This document shows positions 51,394-63,640 of a stretch of DNA of 64,000 nt, one piece after another. The notes beneath the pieces are model-generated. The model saw nothing but the letters and a program-made list of their open reading frames with translations. It had not been told where the DNA came from and ran no database searches. The stretch comes from Camelus dromedarius. Its lineage: Eukaryota. A program made the position numbers and the translations under genes. The first letter of the stretch is position 1, and each line of letters begins with the position of its first letter. Location of the stretch: contig NC_087472.1 in the NCBI RefSeq assembly GCF_036321535.1, positions 107,818,001-107,882,000 of the forward strand, given 5' to 3'.

Positions 51394-51599
51394 AATATGG
51401 GTGATGGAGAGTGGGAGTGAGTGGACTTCAAACAAAGTCATCATAAACTGATAATTGTTGAAGGTGGTAATGGGTCACGGGAGTTCATTATACTGTACTC
51501 TAATTTATACAGGCTTACAATTTTCCATAATAACAAAAGAAATTTGTAATTCCATTGGAACTCCATAAAAACAGCTGAGTTGACAGAATCTGAATTTTG

Positions 51600-52070
51600 G
51601 ATGTCACATTAGTTTCCTATAGCTGCCATAACAAATTACCACAACCATGGTGACTTGAAAGAACAGAAATTTATTATCTTAGCATCCTGGAGGTCAGAAA
51701 TCCAAAATGAGTCTTGTTATGATACAATTAAGGTGTCAGCAGGGCTGTGTTCCTTCTGGAGTTTCTAGGGGAGATTCTGCACCCTTACCTTTTCCAGTAT
51801 CGAGAGGCTGCCCGAATTCCTTGGTTCATGGTCACTTCTGGCAATCACATCCCTCCTCTACTCTCAGCTTACATCTCTTCTCTCCTTCCCTGACTCTGGC
51901 CTCCTTCCCTCACATGAGGACCCTTTTGATTACATTGGGCTCACCTGGATAATACAGATTAACCTTCCTGTCTCGAGATCCTTAATTTAATCACATCTGC
52001 AACGTTCCACTTGCCATGTAAGGAAACATAGATCTGGGGGATTAGGACATGTCCGGACATCTTGAGGGGG
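51600..52070 (-). mobile_element. MaLR LTR, MLT1B/C-like
   Basis: attagtttcctatagctgccataacaaattaccacaac...aatcacatctgcaa...gattaggacatg. Confidence 0.85.
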
Positions 52071-52179
52071 GGCAGTATTCTGTCCATCACAGATGTGATT
52101 CAAACCAGGTATCTCAGACTGACATTTATCAACATTTTTGTGTTCAGAACAGAGACAGCCTGTTACGATTTCTGCATAC

Positions 52180-52402
52180 TTCAACAGGGGTGATTTTGCC
52201 TCCCGGGGACATTTGGCAATATCTGGAGACATTTGTTATTGTCAAGACTGGGGGTAAGGTCAGGGAGAGGGGGAGGAGGCGGTGCCACTGGAATCTAGTG
52301 GGTAGAGACCATGGATTGTAGGCTGCCAGACCTCATACAAAGCAGAGGACAACAGATTTACCTAGCCCCAGCTGTCGATAGTACTGAGGTTGAGCAGCCC
52401 TG
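52180..52402 (+). mobile_element. MER20
   Basis: caggggtgattttgcctcccggggacatttggcaatatctggagacattt...gaggttgagcagccctg. Confidence 0.9.
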
Positions 52403-53280
52403 AGCAAGAAGCAACAGAAGGAAAAGAGCATGTTATGTTCTCCACTGTATATCTGCAAAGAGCAGGTGACCAATAAAAATTTGTTGAAGGAATAAAGCAC
52501 TAGCTTGTTAATCATATACATTACACCTTCTTGTCAATAAGATGACCTCAAAATCGGGGACCACAGCTGAGACAAAGCCAGGTAAGAGATCCAAAATTGA
52601 ATATAATCTGCAATAGCCACAAAAATATGTGTTCCTGATGAAATCACAAGAAGAGAGACACCAAAGACATGATGTGCCTCTAGGGAAGAAACCATCACCA
52701 CCCTCTGAAGCAATTTTGCCCTAAAATCCAAATCCAATCTGATCAAAGCCTCTAGAAAGATTCCATGGATTCCAAAGATCTTATTAGCAGATAAAAGGGT
52801 ATTTACAGATCTTAGGATTCCTCAAGTGCAAAGGTCTTTAGAGCTAGAGAGAAAAACATGTAATTTTGAGAACCACGTACATGCAAAATCCAAGCAAGGA
52901 TCAAGCTGCCAATCCCACAAATGTTCCTGGGTACGTAGAATGATGTGTACAGCCGAAATTTAAGGGTCAGGGTCTTCAGACCACGCCCCTTGAAGGATAG
53001 CATCCTGGACATAGCAATCATGTATAGGCTTCAAGTGTCCCAATAGGGTCACTGACAAGAATCTAGCCAGAGGCCAGCCCAAATCGTGGGAATGTATGCA
53101 GGCTCAGTCATGGGATGGTAATTACCACCTGTAATGGAACGAATCTCTCAGGCCCAGGAGGATGTGGGAAAAGTACAGAAACTTTTAAGAGAATCGAAAC
53201 TATCAAATTCATGTTTGGGGTGAAGAAGAAATCTATGCATGTTTGATATTTTATTCATTTATAAAGTTTCAAAGAATTTT

Positions 53281-53388
53281 TTTTACTTTCTTTTTTATTG
53301 AAGTAGAGTCTGTTTACAATGTTGTGTTAGTTTCTGGTGTACAGCATAGTGATTCAGTTATACACATATATTTTCCTTTTCAGATTCT
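53281..53388 (-). mobile_element. Short L1 3' end with TSD
   Basis: ttttttattgaagtagagtc...; flanked by taaagtttcaaagaattttt and taaagtgtcaaagaattttt. Confidence 0.8.
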
Positions 53389-53804
53389 AAAGTGTCAAAG
53401 AATTTTTGAGCTTTGGAAACCACTGTAAAATATGTAATTGGATAATTAATTTAAACTTGTGATTTTAGTTGGAAACTAATTTTATATAGTATTGGGATAT
53501 TTTAAGAGAACTTAGGTTTCACTATATTTATAAGTTTGATTTATTAGATTCTAAAGTTTTGTGCGTGCTTGGGAATGTATTTGTTAATTGTGACAATTAA
53601 AGTGATTCAAAAGGTAACTGGGTGCAGTATACTAGGAGTTTTAAATGTACTTTAAAATTCATAAAGGTGTTTAAGTTTGCAAGTGGGGTCAAGTATTTTC
53701 CAAAGGCCTCTTAAAATTCGTTGCTATTATTTGCTAGACTTAAACATGAATTTTAAAAAGCAGTAATGAAGTTTCTAGGCTGAACTTAAAAGATTAAGGA
53801 AAAA

Positions 53805-54621
53805 CTACAATGAGATAGCACCTCACACCTGTCAGAATGGCTAGCACCAAAAAGGACACAAATAACAAACAAATGTTGGTGAGTNNNNNNNNNNNNNNNN
53901 NNNNNNNNNNNNNNNNNNNNNNNNNNNNNNNNNNNNNNNNNNNNNNNNNNNNNNNNNNNNNNNNNNNNNNNNNNNNNNNNNNNNNNNNNNNNNNNNNNNN
54001 NNNNNNNNNNNNNNNNNNNNNNNNNNNNNNNNNNNNNNNNNNNNNNNATTTGAAAAGATATATGCACCCCAATGTTCATAGCAGCATTATTTACAATTTC
54101 CAGGGTATGGAAGCAATCTAAGAGTACATCAGAGATGAATGNNNNNNNNNNNNNNNNNNNNNNNNNNNNNNNNNNNNNNNNNNNNNNNNNNNNNNNNNNN
54201 NNNNNNNNNNNNNNNNNNNNNNNNNNNNNNNNNNNNNNNNNNNNNNNNNNNNNNNNNNNNNNNNNNNNNNNNNNNNNNNNTACTGTATGATATCGCTTAA
54301 ATATGGAATCTAACAAATACAACAGATTAGTGAATATAACAAAAAAGAAGCAGACTCACAGATACAGAGGACAGACTAGTGGTTGCCAGTGAGGAGAGGG
54401 AAGGAGGAGGGGGCAGTATAGGGGTGGGGGATTAAGAGGTGTGAACTATTAGGTATAAAATAAGCTACAAGGATGTACTGTACAACATGGGGAATATAGC
54501 CAATATTTTAATAATTATAAATGGAGTATAACCTTTAAAAACTGTAAATCACTGTTTTGTGCACCTGTAACTTATATAATATTTTACAGCAACTATACTT
54601 CAGTTTTAAAAAAGTCAAAAC
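53805..54621 (+). mobile_element. L1 (ORF2 end and 3' UTR) with TSD, partly N-masked
   Basis: ctacaatgagatagcacctcacacctgtcagaatggc...; flanked by aagattaaggaaaaa (53790-53804) and aaggttaaggaaaaa (54622-54636). Confidence 0.88.
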
Positions 54622-55466
54622 AAGGTTAAGGAAAAAATTAGGCATTTGAATTTGTAACTTAAATAAGCCGACTATCAAATTGGTAAATGAATAGATCTTT
54701 TTTGTGCACACCTCCCCAACTTTTGAGAGCTATAATCATTGCTTCTGAAGGGCTGTACAATGTCCAAAATAGTGTGGTTACATTAAAAAAAATCACAGGT
54801 CCATCTTTGCAACCTTGTGTCAATAATATGACCAAATACCAATATTGTTTACCAAATAAATTCCACCCAAACTCAGAAATCTTGCTCAGCCCTCCAGATC
54901 CCATGCAGAGCTGATAAGGTCTAATATGATTCAAAATGCATTCCTCCTAAGGTGCTTATGTTTCTGGGTTTTGTTTTTTTGCATAATCTGAATCTAATTT
55001 TCTGCCCTTGTCATGTTCTCATCCATTTATGAATTTTCATGCGTGTGTGTGCATGCCGTGTGTATGTGTGTGTGATTGGCTGTCATGTGAATAAATTATT
55101 TCATCCCTAATGACTTATGTTCTTTATAAAGGATCAGCTTAACACTATGCCAGTTTAACTAGGGAGTGTTGATGGAGGGTCTGAATAACCCCATTTGCAG
55201 CCAGTATGTGCTTTGGAATGTACTGGGCTCTGATTGGTTGAATTCCACTGCCCTCTGATTGTGCCCCATCACAATGAGTCACACTCTGTGGTCCACAGAG
55301 CAGCACCATGAGGCCTCACTCAGACCTCCACACATTAACATTTAGGAAGCATTGGCCTAGACCAGAGTTCAGGTAACAGTAATCGCTGTTGTGGTGACGT
55401 TGTGCTGTTTGAGTTTCATGCTCAATAGAGTATATAATAACATTTATTCATTTTAAATGAAAAATT

Positions 55467-55585
55467 GGGGGGGGAGGCTATAGATCAGTGGCAGAAGCAC
55501 ATGCTTAGCCTGCACAAAGTCCCTGGTTCAATCCCCAGTATGTCCATTAAAAAATATATTAAAAAAATAAAATGTTAAAAAAATT
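55467..55585 (+). mobile_element. tRNA-derived camelid SINE (vic-1 type), diverged
   Basis: ggggaggctatagatcagtggcagaagcacatgcttagcctgcacaaagtccctggttcaatccccagt plus A-rich tail. Confidence 0.85.
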
Positions 55586-55799
55586 ATAGCTACTAATAAA
55601 GTAAATCTATAAAAAAATTGACAAGTTCCAGTTCAATTAATTCTGCAAGTTGTCACTACAAATTATTAAATTACATGTGTATTCGTTATTGAATTATTAT
55701 AAATGGCGCTTGGGTGATTGGACCATAAACATGTCACATTAATAGCTCGACAGAAGTCTCCCATGGTATGGAAAGGGGCAGGGGGTCTCTGCTGTCATC

Positions 55800-56200
55800 A
55801 GTATTTCCCCTCTTCTTGAATGAGCACACCCGTGGCTTCCGTTGACCAGTATAATATGGTAGAAGTGACGTTCTAGGACTTCCATCCCCGGGCTTAAGAG
55901 AACAGAGGCTTCCACTTTCTTGTTCTTGGGAGTCAGCCACCATGTCAGAAGTCTGATGACTCTGAGACTGCCGCACTACAAAGGCAGCCCAGGAGAGCCA
56001 CGTGGAAAGGAGCATAGAGGGGCTCAGCTCTGTGAGTTAAAGCTTTTTGCACCATCCATCCTAGACCGCTATGGCCGATACCACGAAGCAGGAAAAGAAT
56101 CACCATGCTGAGCTCTGCCTGACCCCCAGAATCACAAGCAAACAATAAAATACTGTTGTTGAAGCCACTTACTTCAGCGGTGATTTGTCACATAGTAATA
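55800..56200 (+). mobile_element. MaLR LTR, MLT1H/I-like
   Basis: agaagtgacgttctaggacttcc...cagccaccatgtcagaagtc...aataaaatactgttgttgaagccact. Confidence 0.6.
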
Positions 56201-56714
56201 AATATCTGTGACAAATGCATGGACCTGGGTAATGGCTGCCTACTTCCTATTTATCACAGAATAGGTCTGCTACCAAAGAAGAGTTCCTTCCCCTAGAGCA
56301 GGGGAAGAAAGGTAGTGAGGAGAGCAATGAAAGCTGAGCCACAGAAGAGCTAAGTAAGAAACAAAAAGTGAGAAAATACCGAAGACACGTTGGCTTGCTT
56401 TGATTTAACTAGGTGCTCCAAGATGCGGCCAAGCAGTGGCCCCCTCATCACTGGTCTTTCTCTCTAAAATTTTTGTTGAAGCATAACTAAGCTACAGGTA
56501 AGTGCACAGATTGTAAGTGTAAACCTCAATGAATTTTTACAAAGCAAACTCATCCATCTCACTGGCACCCGCATCAGCACTTGAGATGCTCCCTCCTGGC
56601 CTCTTCCAGACACCGAACTGACCTCACAGGGTTATCCCTCTTCCGACTTCTATCAGCGCGGGTCAAACAGGCCCGTTTTCCAACATTCTATCAGTAGGGT
56701 GGATACTACCTGTA

Positions 56715-57170
56715 TTTTTTTTTTCTCACCAGAACATCACATAAGCTTATTTCAGATGTAACAGCAATGTTAAAATCAACAAGTTTAAATCTTAACTGCA
56801 TCAAGTAAATTTAGCCACTTCAGTATTTTTAAAGTTATTCCTTTCAAAAAACTGAAGGAGCTTTGCTTTCCCAGCCCACATACCACGGTTTCCCAATAGT
56901 TCTATTTGGGGAGGATTTTCAATTGATGAATAAAGTGCTTTGGGAATATTTCAGAACTTCTTCCCCCAAATGAAAACTCATCTGGACAAATTATATATTG
57001 CATAGATTTCTCCGCAGATTCTTTTCTTTAGAACTTAAATGCCATTACCGTGTGGTATAATTTTGACCTGTTTGCCCCACAGAAAAAACTATCTGTCCTG
57101 AAAAATATGCAGGATGTATCCTGTGATCTTCCAGTTAAAAGAATTGTTTTCCCTCCCTGTTAATTTTTAT
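56715..57170 (-). pseudogene. Candidate 5'-truncated retrocopy of an mRNA 3' UTR (source unidentified)
   Basis: Non-repeat-like sequence interrupting an L1ME-type fragment; A10 tail on minus with an AAATAAG motif about 25 nt upstream; tgtattt on both sides. Confidence 0.45.
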
Positions 57171-57289
57171 TGTATTTCAAAATAACCAACTCAACATGGG
57201 ACATTATCTCAGTCTTTACTGGCTCACAGGCGTATGAACTGGGGGCCCACTTCTGCCTTCTCTACATCCTCCTCCCCCGTAAGTGGCTG

Positions 57290-57550
57290 GAATTATTTAA
57301 TGGTCAGTATTTCAGGCACTGCAGGCCCTAGGTCTCTGTTGCAACTGCTTGTTTTTTCTGCCACTTCACCTTGGAAGCAGCCATAGACAGTATGTAAACG
57401 AATGGACATGGGTGTGTACCAATTAAATTGTCTTTCTTGATACTGAAATTTGAATTTCATAGAATTTTTGAATGTCACACAATTTTATTCTTCTTTTGAT
57501 TTTTTTCTAACCTGTTCAAAGTGTAAAAAATATTGTTTTCACATTATATT
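57290..57550 (+). mobile_element. MER58-family element
   Basis: ggtctctgttgcaactgct...gcagccatagacagtatgtaaacgaatggacatgg...gatactgaaatttgaatttcat. Confidence 0.8.
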
Positions 57551-58194
57551 TTTAATCTAACTAAATGGTGGATTTTTTTTTTAACGTTTTCAAATGTTGA
57601 TGAGGGTGCAGGGAAACAGGAATTCTCAGGGAATGGAAAGCAGTCCCTTCTTTGGGGTTGGCAATGCGGCATTGTATATCAAACATCTTAAAAACTTTCG
57701 TACTCTGGCCATTTCTAGGCATTTACCCAAGGAAAATAACCAGAGATGTGCGTGAAGATTACTGGGCAAAGACATTTCTCATAGCGTTACTTACAATATT
57801 GAAAAATTAGAAACAGACTCCAACTTTCAGATCTGGCAACAGGCAGACAGATAGAATGCATGCCGTGATCCTCTTATTTCTACAAACATATAGACATGCC
57901 ATAAAAAATACAATACAAATATTAAATTCACTGACTAGCTAGAGAAAAACATCACTTTCCCGGGGTAGAAGGGGATTGTATCTCAATATAGACCCTCACT
58001 GTTAGGGGCTGGAGTTTTAATACCATCATAGGAATAAAAGATATGTCATTGATCCACCAAGACAGGGAACTGAAATTGATACCACTGCATAAAGCTGGAA
58101 CCAGGACTGTCTGCCTCCTTCATGAAAGGAAGGACCAGGTAACCGTCTCCCCCTCCGAAGGAAGTTTGTTTTTTGCGGGCACTCCAAGGGACGG

Positions 58195-60900
58195 GGTGGG
58201 ACATTTTAACAACATTAAATCTTCCAACCCATGAATGTGGGACGTGCTTCCACTTATTCATGTCTTCTTTAATTTCCTTCAGCAGTGTCTTATAGTTTTA
58301 TTGCACAAGTTTCTGACCTCTTTAATTAATTCCTAAGTATGTTATTCTTTTTGGTTATTGTAAATGAAATCTATTTCGTAGTCTTCCTTTCAAACTGTTA
58401 ATTGTTAGTGTGTAAAATACAGCTGATTTTTCTGTCTTGACTTTGCATCCAGCTACTGTGCTGAATTCATCCGTTAGTTCTAACAGGTTTTTTGATGGAA
58501 TCTTTAGAGTTTTCTACATACAGGCATACCTCATTTTACTGCATTCTGCTTTACTGTGGTTTTTACAATAATGCAGTTTTAGAAGGGTTGTAGCAACTTT
58601 GAATCAAGCAGGTCTATTGGTGCCATTTTTCCAACAGCACTGATTCACTTTTGTTTGTGTCACATTTTGGTAATTCTTGTAATATTTCAAACGCTTCCAT
58701 TATTATCAGATTTTTACGGTGATCTGTGATCTTTGATGTTACCACTACCACTAGGACTTGCCGAAGGCTCAGATGATAGAATTTTTTAGCAATAAAGTAT
58801 TTTTTTACTTAAGGNNNNNNNNNNNNNNNNNNNNNNNNNNNNNNNNNNNNNNNNNNNNNNNNNNNNNNNNNNNNNNNNNNNNNNNNNNNNNNNNNNNNNN
58901 NNNNNNNNNNNNNNNNNNNNNNNNNNNNNNNNNNNNNNNNNNNNNNNNNNNNNNNNNNNNNNNNNNNNNNNNNNNNNNNNNNNNNNNNNNNNNNNNNNNN
59001 NNNNNNNNNCTGCAAAAAGAGATCATTTTACTTGTTCCTTCCTAATTTAGAAAGAAATTTTGCCTAATTGCTCTGGCTAGAACTTCCAGTACTCTGTTGA
59101 GTAAATGTGGTGAAAATAGGCATTCATGCCTTTTACTTATCTGAGAACAAAAGCTTTCAGTTTTCACCATTGAGTATGATGTTTGCTGTGGAATTTTCAT
59201 ATACGGCTTTTAATACATTGAGGCAGTTTTTTCTATTCCTAGTTTGAGTGTTTTTTTTTTATCATTAAAGGATATTGAATTTGGTCAAATGCTTTTTCTG
59301 CATCAGCTGAGATTATTGTGTGTTTTTTCTCTTCATTTTCTTCCTTATATTGATTGATTTTCATGTTGAGCCATCCATGTATCTCAGTTATAAATCCCAC
59401 TTGGTCATAGTGTGTAATCCTTCTAATATGCTGCTGAATTCGATTTGCTAATATTTTTGGTGAGAACTTTTGCACCAATGTCCATAAGGTACATTGGTCT
59501 GTAGTTTTCCTGTTGTGTCTTTTTCTCTGGCTTCAGTATCAGGATAATTCTGCCCTCGTAGAATGAGTACGAAGTGTTTCTCTTCTTCAGTTTTTTGTCT
59601 TGTTTTGTTTTTGGGGGGAAGTTTAAGAAGGATGGTATTAGTTCTTCTTTCACTTGTGAAGCCATCATGTCCAAGGTTTTTCTTTTTTGAAGATGTTGGA
59701 TTATTGATTCAACCTCCTTACTAGTTATAGATCTATTCCGAGTTTTTGTTTCTTCATAACTTGGCCTTTGTAGGTTTTGTGTTTCTGAGAATAAGTCCAT
59801 TTCTCCCAGGTTATCCATTTTGTTGGTGAACAATTAGAATCAGTAGTGATGTCTCCACTTTCATTTCATGTCTGATTTTCATAATTTGAGTCTTCGCTTT
59901 TTNNNNNNNNNNNNNNNNNNNNNNNNNNNNNNNNNNNNNNNNNNNNNNNNNNNNNNNNNNNNNNNNNNNNNNNNNNNNNNNNNNNNNNNNNNNNNNNNNN
60001 NNNNNNNNNNNNNNNNNNNNNNNNNNNNNNNNNAAATCTTTATTATTTCCTACCTTCAACTAGCTTTGGGTTTAGTTTGTCCTTCTTTTGCTAGTTCCTT
60101 AAGTTGTAAAGTTAGATTGTTGATTTGAGATCTTTCTTGTTTTTTAATGTAAGCGTTTACAGCTGTAAATTTCTCCCTCAGCAAAACTTTTGCTGTGTTC
60201 CGTAAGTTTTGACATGTTGTGTTTTCATTTTCATTTGTCTCCAAGTATTTTCTAATTTCTCTTGTGACTTCTTTGATCCATTGATTGTTTAAATGTGTGT
60301 TATTTAATTTCCACAATTCTGTGAATTTTCCAGTTTTTTTTCTAACTTCATCTCATTGTGGTCAGGGAGGATACTTTGTATGATACCTGTCTTTTTAAAT
60401 CCATTGAGACTTAATTTGTGACTTAACGTACACTCTATCCTGTAAAAATGTTCCATGTGTATGCTGTTGTTGTTGGCTGAAGTGTTCTGTATATATTAGA
60501 TCTAGTTGGTTTACTGTGTTCTTTAAATTCTGTCTTCCCTTACTGTCTTCTGTCTGATTATTCTATTACTGTGAGTGGGGTATTAAAATCTCTGTTACTG
60601 TAGAAATGTCCATTTTGTCCTTCAATTCTGTCCATTTTTGCTTCATATATTTGATGGTCTGTGCTTAGGTGCATAAATGTTTATAATTGTTTTATCTTCT
60701 TGCTCTATTGAAACTTCTGTTAGTATACAATGTCCTTCTTTATCTCTTGTAAATTTTTAAATTTAAAGTCTATTTATCCAATATTAGTATAGCTCCCCCT
60801 GCTCTCTTTTGGTTGTTATTTGCAGGGAACATCTTTTTGCATCCTTTCACCTTCAATGTATTTGTGTCTTTGGATCTAAAGTAAGTCTCTTGTAGACAGC
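58195..60900 (-). mobile_element. Degenerate LINE-1 ORF2 (endonuclease end through RT), interrupted by Tigger
   Basis: ORF fragments WKLNNTHLNNQWIKEV..., KILANRIQQHIRRITHYDQVGFI... and [19 protein letters not shown] resemble L1 ORF2p; multiple stops and frameshifts. Confidence 0.92.
58521..58990. mobile_element. Tigger1-derived MITE (Tigger1a-like) inserted at TA in L1
   Basis: TA then caggcatacctc terminus; ccatttttccaacagca...gaaggctcagatgat...ttttagcaataaagtatt. Right end hidden by N. Confidence 0.8.
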
Positions 60901-61119
60901 ATGTAGTTAGAACGGGTAGCTGCTACTGCAGTAAGAGCTGAAATTGACTGAAGTTAACCACAATTTACCCTCCCAGTCTTCCACTGGAGGTTGCAAGCCT
61001 TTCCTGTACTAGAGTTCTAAATAGCTACATCAGACAGATTCTGCCAGTACAATTCTTATTTAGGTGGGAAGACAGATTCCTGATGCTTCCTTCTCTGCCA
61101 CAGTCCCAGAAGCCCCCAG

Positions 61120-62525
61120 TGGCTATATCTTATGTAATTACAATATACTACACTATCAAAGCCAGGAAATGGACGTTGGTACAATGTGACAATGTGTATG
61201 TATAGTTCTGTGCTATCACATGTATAGATTTGTGTGATTTTTGTGATCACAATCAAGATACAGAGCTATTCCATTAATACAAAGATCTCTCAATCGCTAC
61301 CCCTTTAAAATCATACCCAGTCCCCTCATCACACCATCCCTAACCCCTGGCAACAAATCTTTTCTCCATTTCAATAATTTTGTCATTTTGAGAGTGCTAC
61401 GTAAGTAGGATTACATTATATATAACTGGATTTTTTTTTCATGCAGCATAATGCTCTTGGGATCCATCCAAGTTATTGCGTGTGTATTAATAGTTCATTT
61501 TTGCTATTGTTTTCACTGCTAAATTACATTCCATGGTGTAAATGTACTATAGTTTATTCGTATTTCACAGAACATTTTTGGCTGTTTCCAGTTTTTAGCT
61601 ATCACACATAAAGCTGTTATGAATAACTGTGTACAGGTTTTCATGTAGACAAAAGTTTTCATATTTCTGGGATCAATGCCCATGAAACTGTAATTAAACC
61701 ATTAGTTAACTCCATTTCACCTGTAGCCTGCCTTCAGTAATCAAGGTCACGTTAATCGTTGCTACAGAAGACTTGCATGTCCTCCAAAGAGTACGTAGCC
61801 TAAACAAGCTTGCCCAAGTTGTTTGCCGGGAGCTTGGACTCAGCTGTGTCTGGTTCCAGCTGAGGCTTTTGAGACTAGATAGGCCCACCGACCCTCCAAC
61901 TGGGCATGCGCGAGTGACCTTTGGCCCGAGCAGAGGCCTGAAGCTCAGCGACGCCTGCGCAGAACGACGATTCCCGCACCTTTTTCGAGTCACTTTTCCT
62001 CTAGCTCCCCGCACTCCCCGCGCGTCAGCCCACTCTGCATCTTTATGTTTATCCCCTTGCCTTCGGGGAGGTGAGTCTGTCTCCTGGCTGCCCTGCGAAT
62101 AAACCCCGTCTTGGCTGCTAACCTCAGCACCTCAGCATTTTGGCTTCTGGGGCGTCGGGCAAGTGAACACCCAGGAGCGCGGCTGCTGGGACACACGGTA
62201 AGTGTACGTTTAGATTTTTTAAAAACTACCGAATTATTTTCTACAGTGGTTACAGCTTTTTTTATATTCCTACTACTAACATATGAGTGGTCAGGTTTTC
62301 CTGCATTCTCAGCGGCATTTGGTGGTGTCACTATTTTTTTTTTTCAGCCTTTCTAGTAGGTGTGTAATGACATCTCAATGTGGTTTTAATTTGTATTTCC
62401 CAAGTGGCTAATGATGTTGAACATCTTTTCATGAGTTTGTCATCTGTGTATCCTCTTCAGTGAAATGTTTCTTCATGTCTTTTGCCTATTTTCCAATTGG
62501 ATTGTTTGGGTTTTACTGTTGAATT
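61120..62525 (-). mobile_element. Old LINE-1 3' region split by a solo LTR
   Basis: ctgggatcaatgccca|ggagcgcggctgctggg...ggtaagtg is colinear with antisense L1 once 61683-62173 is removed. Confidence 0.75.
61683..62169 (+). mobile_element. ERV solo LTR (487 bp, TG...CA, 4 bp TSD CCCA)
   Basis: CCCA at 61679-61682 and 62170-62173; TG and CA termini; AATAAA at 62098-62103. A 4 bp TSD suggests class I (ERV1). Confidence 0.88.
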
Positions 62526-63294
62526 TTGAAAGTTAGCTTTAGTTTGGACAGCCTCGTAGTGAAAGCTTCAGGTTGCCTGCCCAGCATCCCAGCGCCGCCT
62601 ACCACTCCCCCCAACCCCGCCCTGTCTCCTTTTGGTCTAAGGGAATTCAAATATCAATCAGGTATCCATCCCTGTACTGCACAGCAGATTTCTTGAAAGG
62701 AAAGCCACGTTCTAACTTATAAAAACACCCACCCTCTTGCGTGTTGTTGTTGATGAGGACTGTAGTTGCACTGTTTTTTAACCAACCCACCCCACACACC
62801 CTGCTCCAATCAGTCCCTATTATTGTTGCTGTTTATCTTGAGCTAATGGACATTCATAGACGCCAGCACACCACAGTACAGGGAACATTTATAGATACGG
62901 CCCAGGTGAAAGGACACAAAGCAAGTCTGAACACACAGCAAAAAATCATTATCAAACAGACCATGTTTATGGAGGGAAAGACAAGCCATGTTCTAAGAGA
63001 AGAAATTTGCAAAGCACAAAACCATTCATGATGCTAGACGCCTTTGCTGGGCCCCTGTCCGTTCCCTATGGTCCTCCCTTTGCTGGGGACCTCTAAGAAC
63101 TGAGTCAGGTGTTTCTGTCCCCTCTGGTTTCTAGGTTGGGTCTCCAGGGGAGAAGACAAGGCAGGAGGTGCGTGCTGACTGCCCTGCTCCTGCCCTGTGG
63201 AGGGGCTGGCTGTGTCCCTCCACCAGAGCTTCGCTCCTGTAAGTACAGTTTGGCTTGGTTCCTGGGCTCTGCTTTTTCCTGGCAAGTCAGAAAC

Positions 63295-63640
63295 TGCGAA
63301 GGCTCTGGGATTTTACCCTCCTGCAAGCTAACAAGTCAGCCTGCCCCGGTTTCAGGTGCAGATCCTGACGGAAGGCATCAGAACCCTGGTCAGAGACACA
63401 GACTTGATTATCGCAAAAGGCAGCAGCTGGGGCAGTGTTCTGACCCGCTGTCTTGCTCCCCAGATCCCAGAGAACGATGTGATGAGAGTGATGTCCACTG
63501 GTACATGTAGGGGACACAGCAGCGCAGAGGAGCCCTGAGTTAGGAAAGCAAGCTCTTACCCAGGCTGTGGGTGGCCTGCCCTCCTCCCCTCCGGAGAGAT
63601 GACTCCCTGGGATGCAAGCAAAACTCTCCACGCGGGCTGG
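63295..63640. mobile_element. Ancient LTR fragment (family uncertain)
   Basis: gggattttaccctcctgcaagctaacaagtcagcctgcc...ggtcagagaca resembles an old eutherian LTR. Confidence 0.5.
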
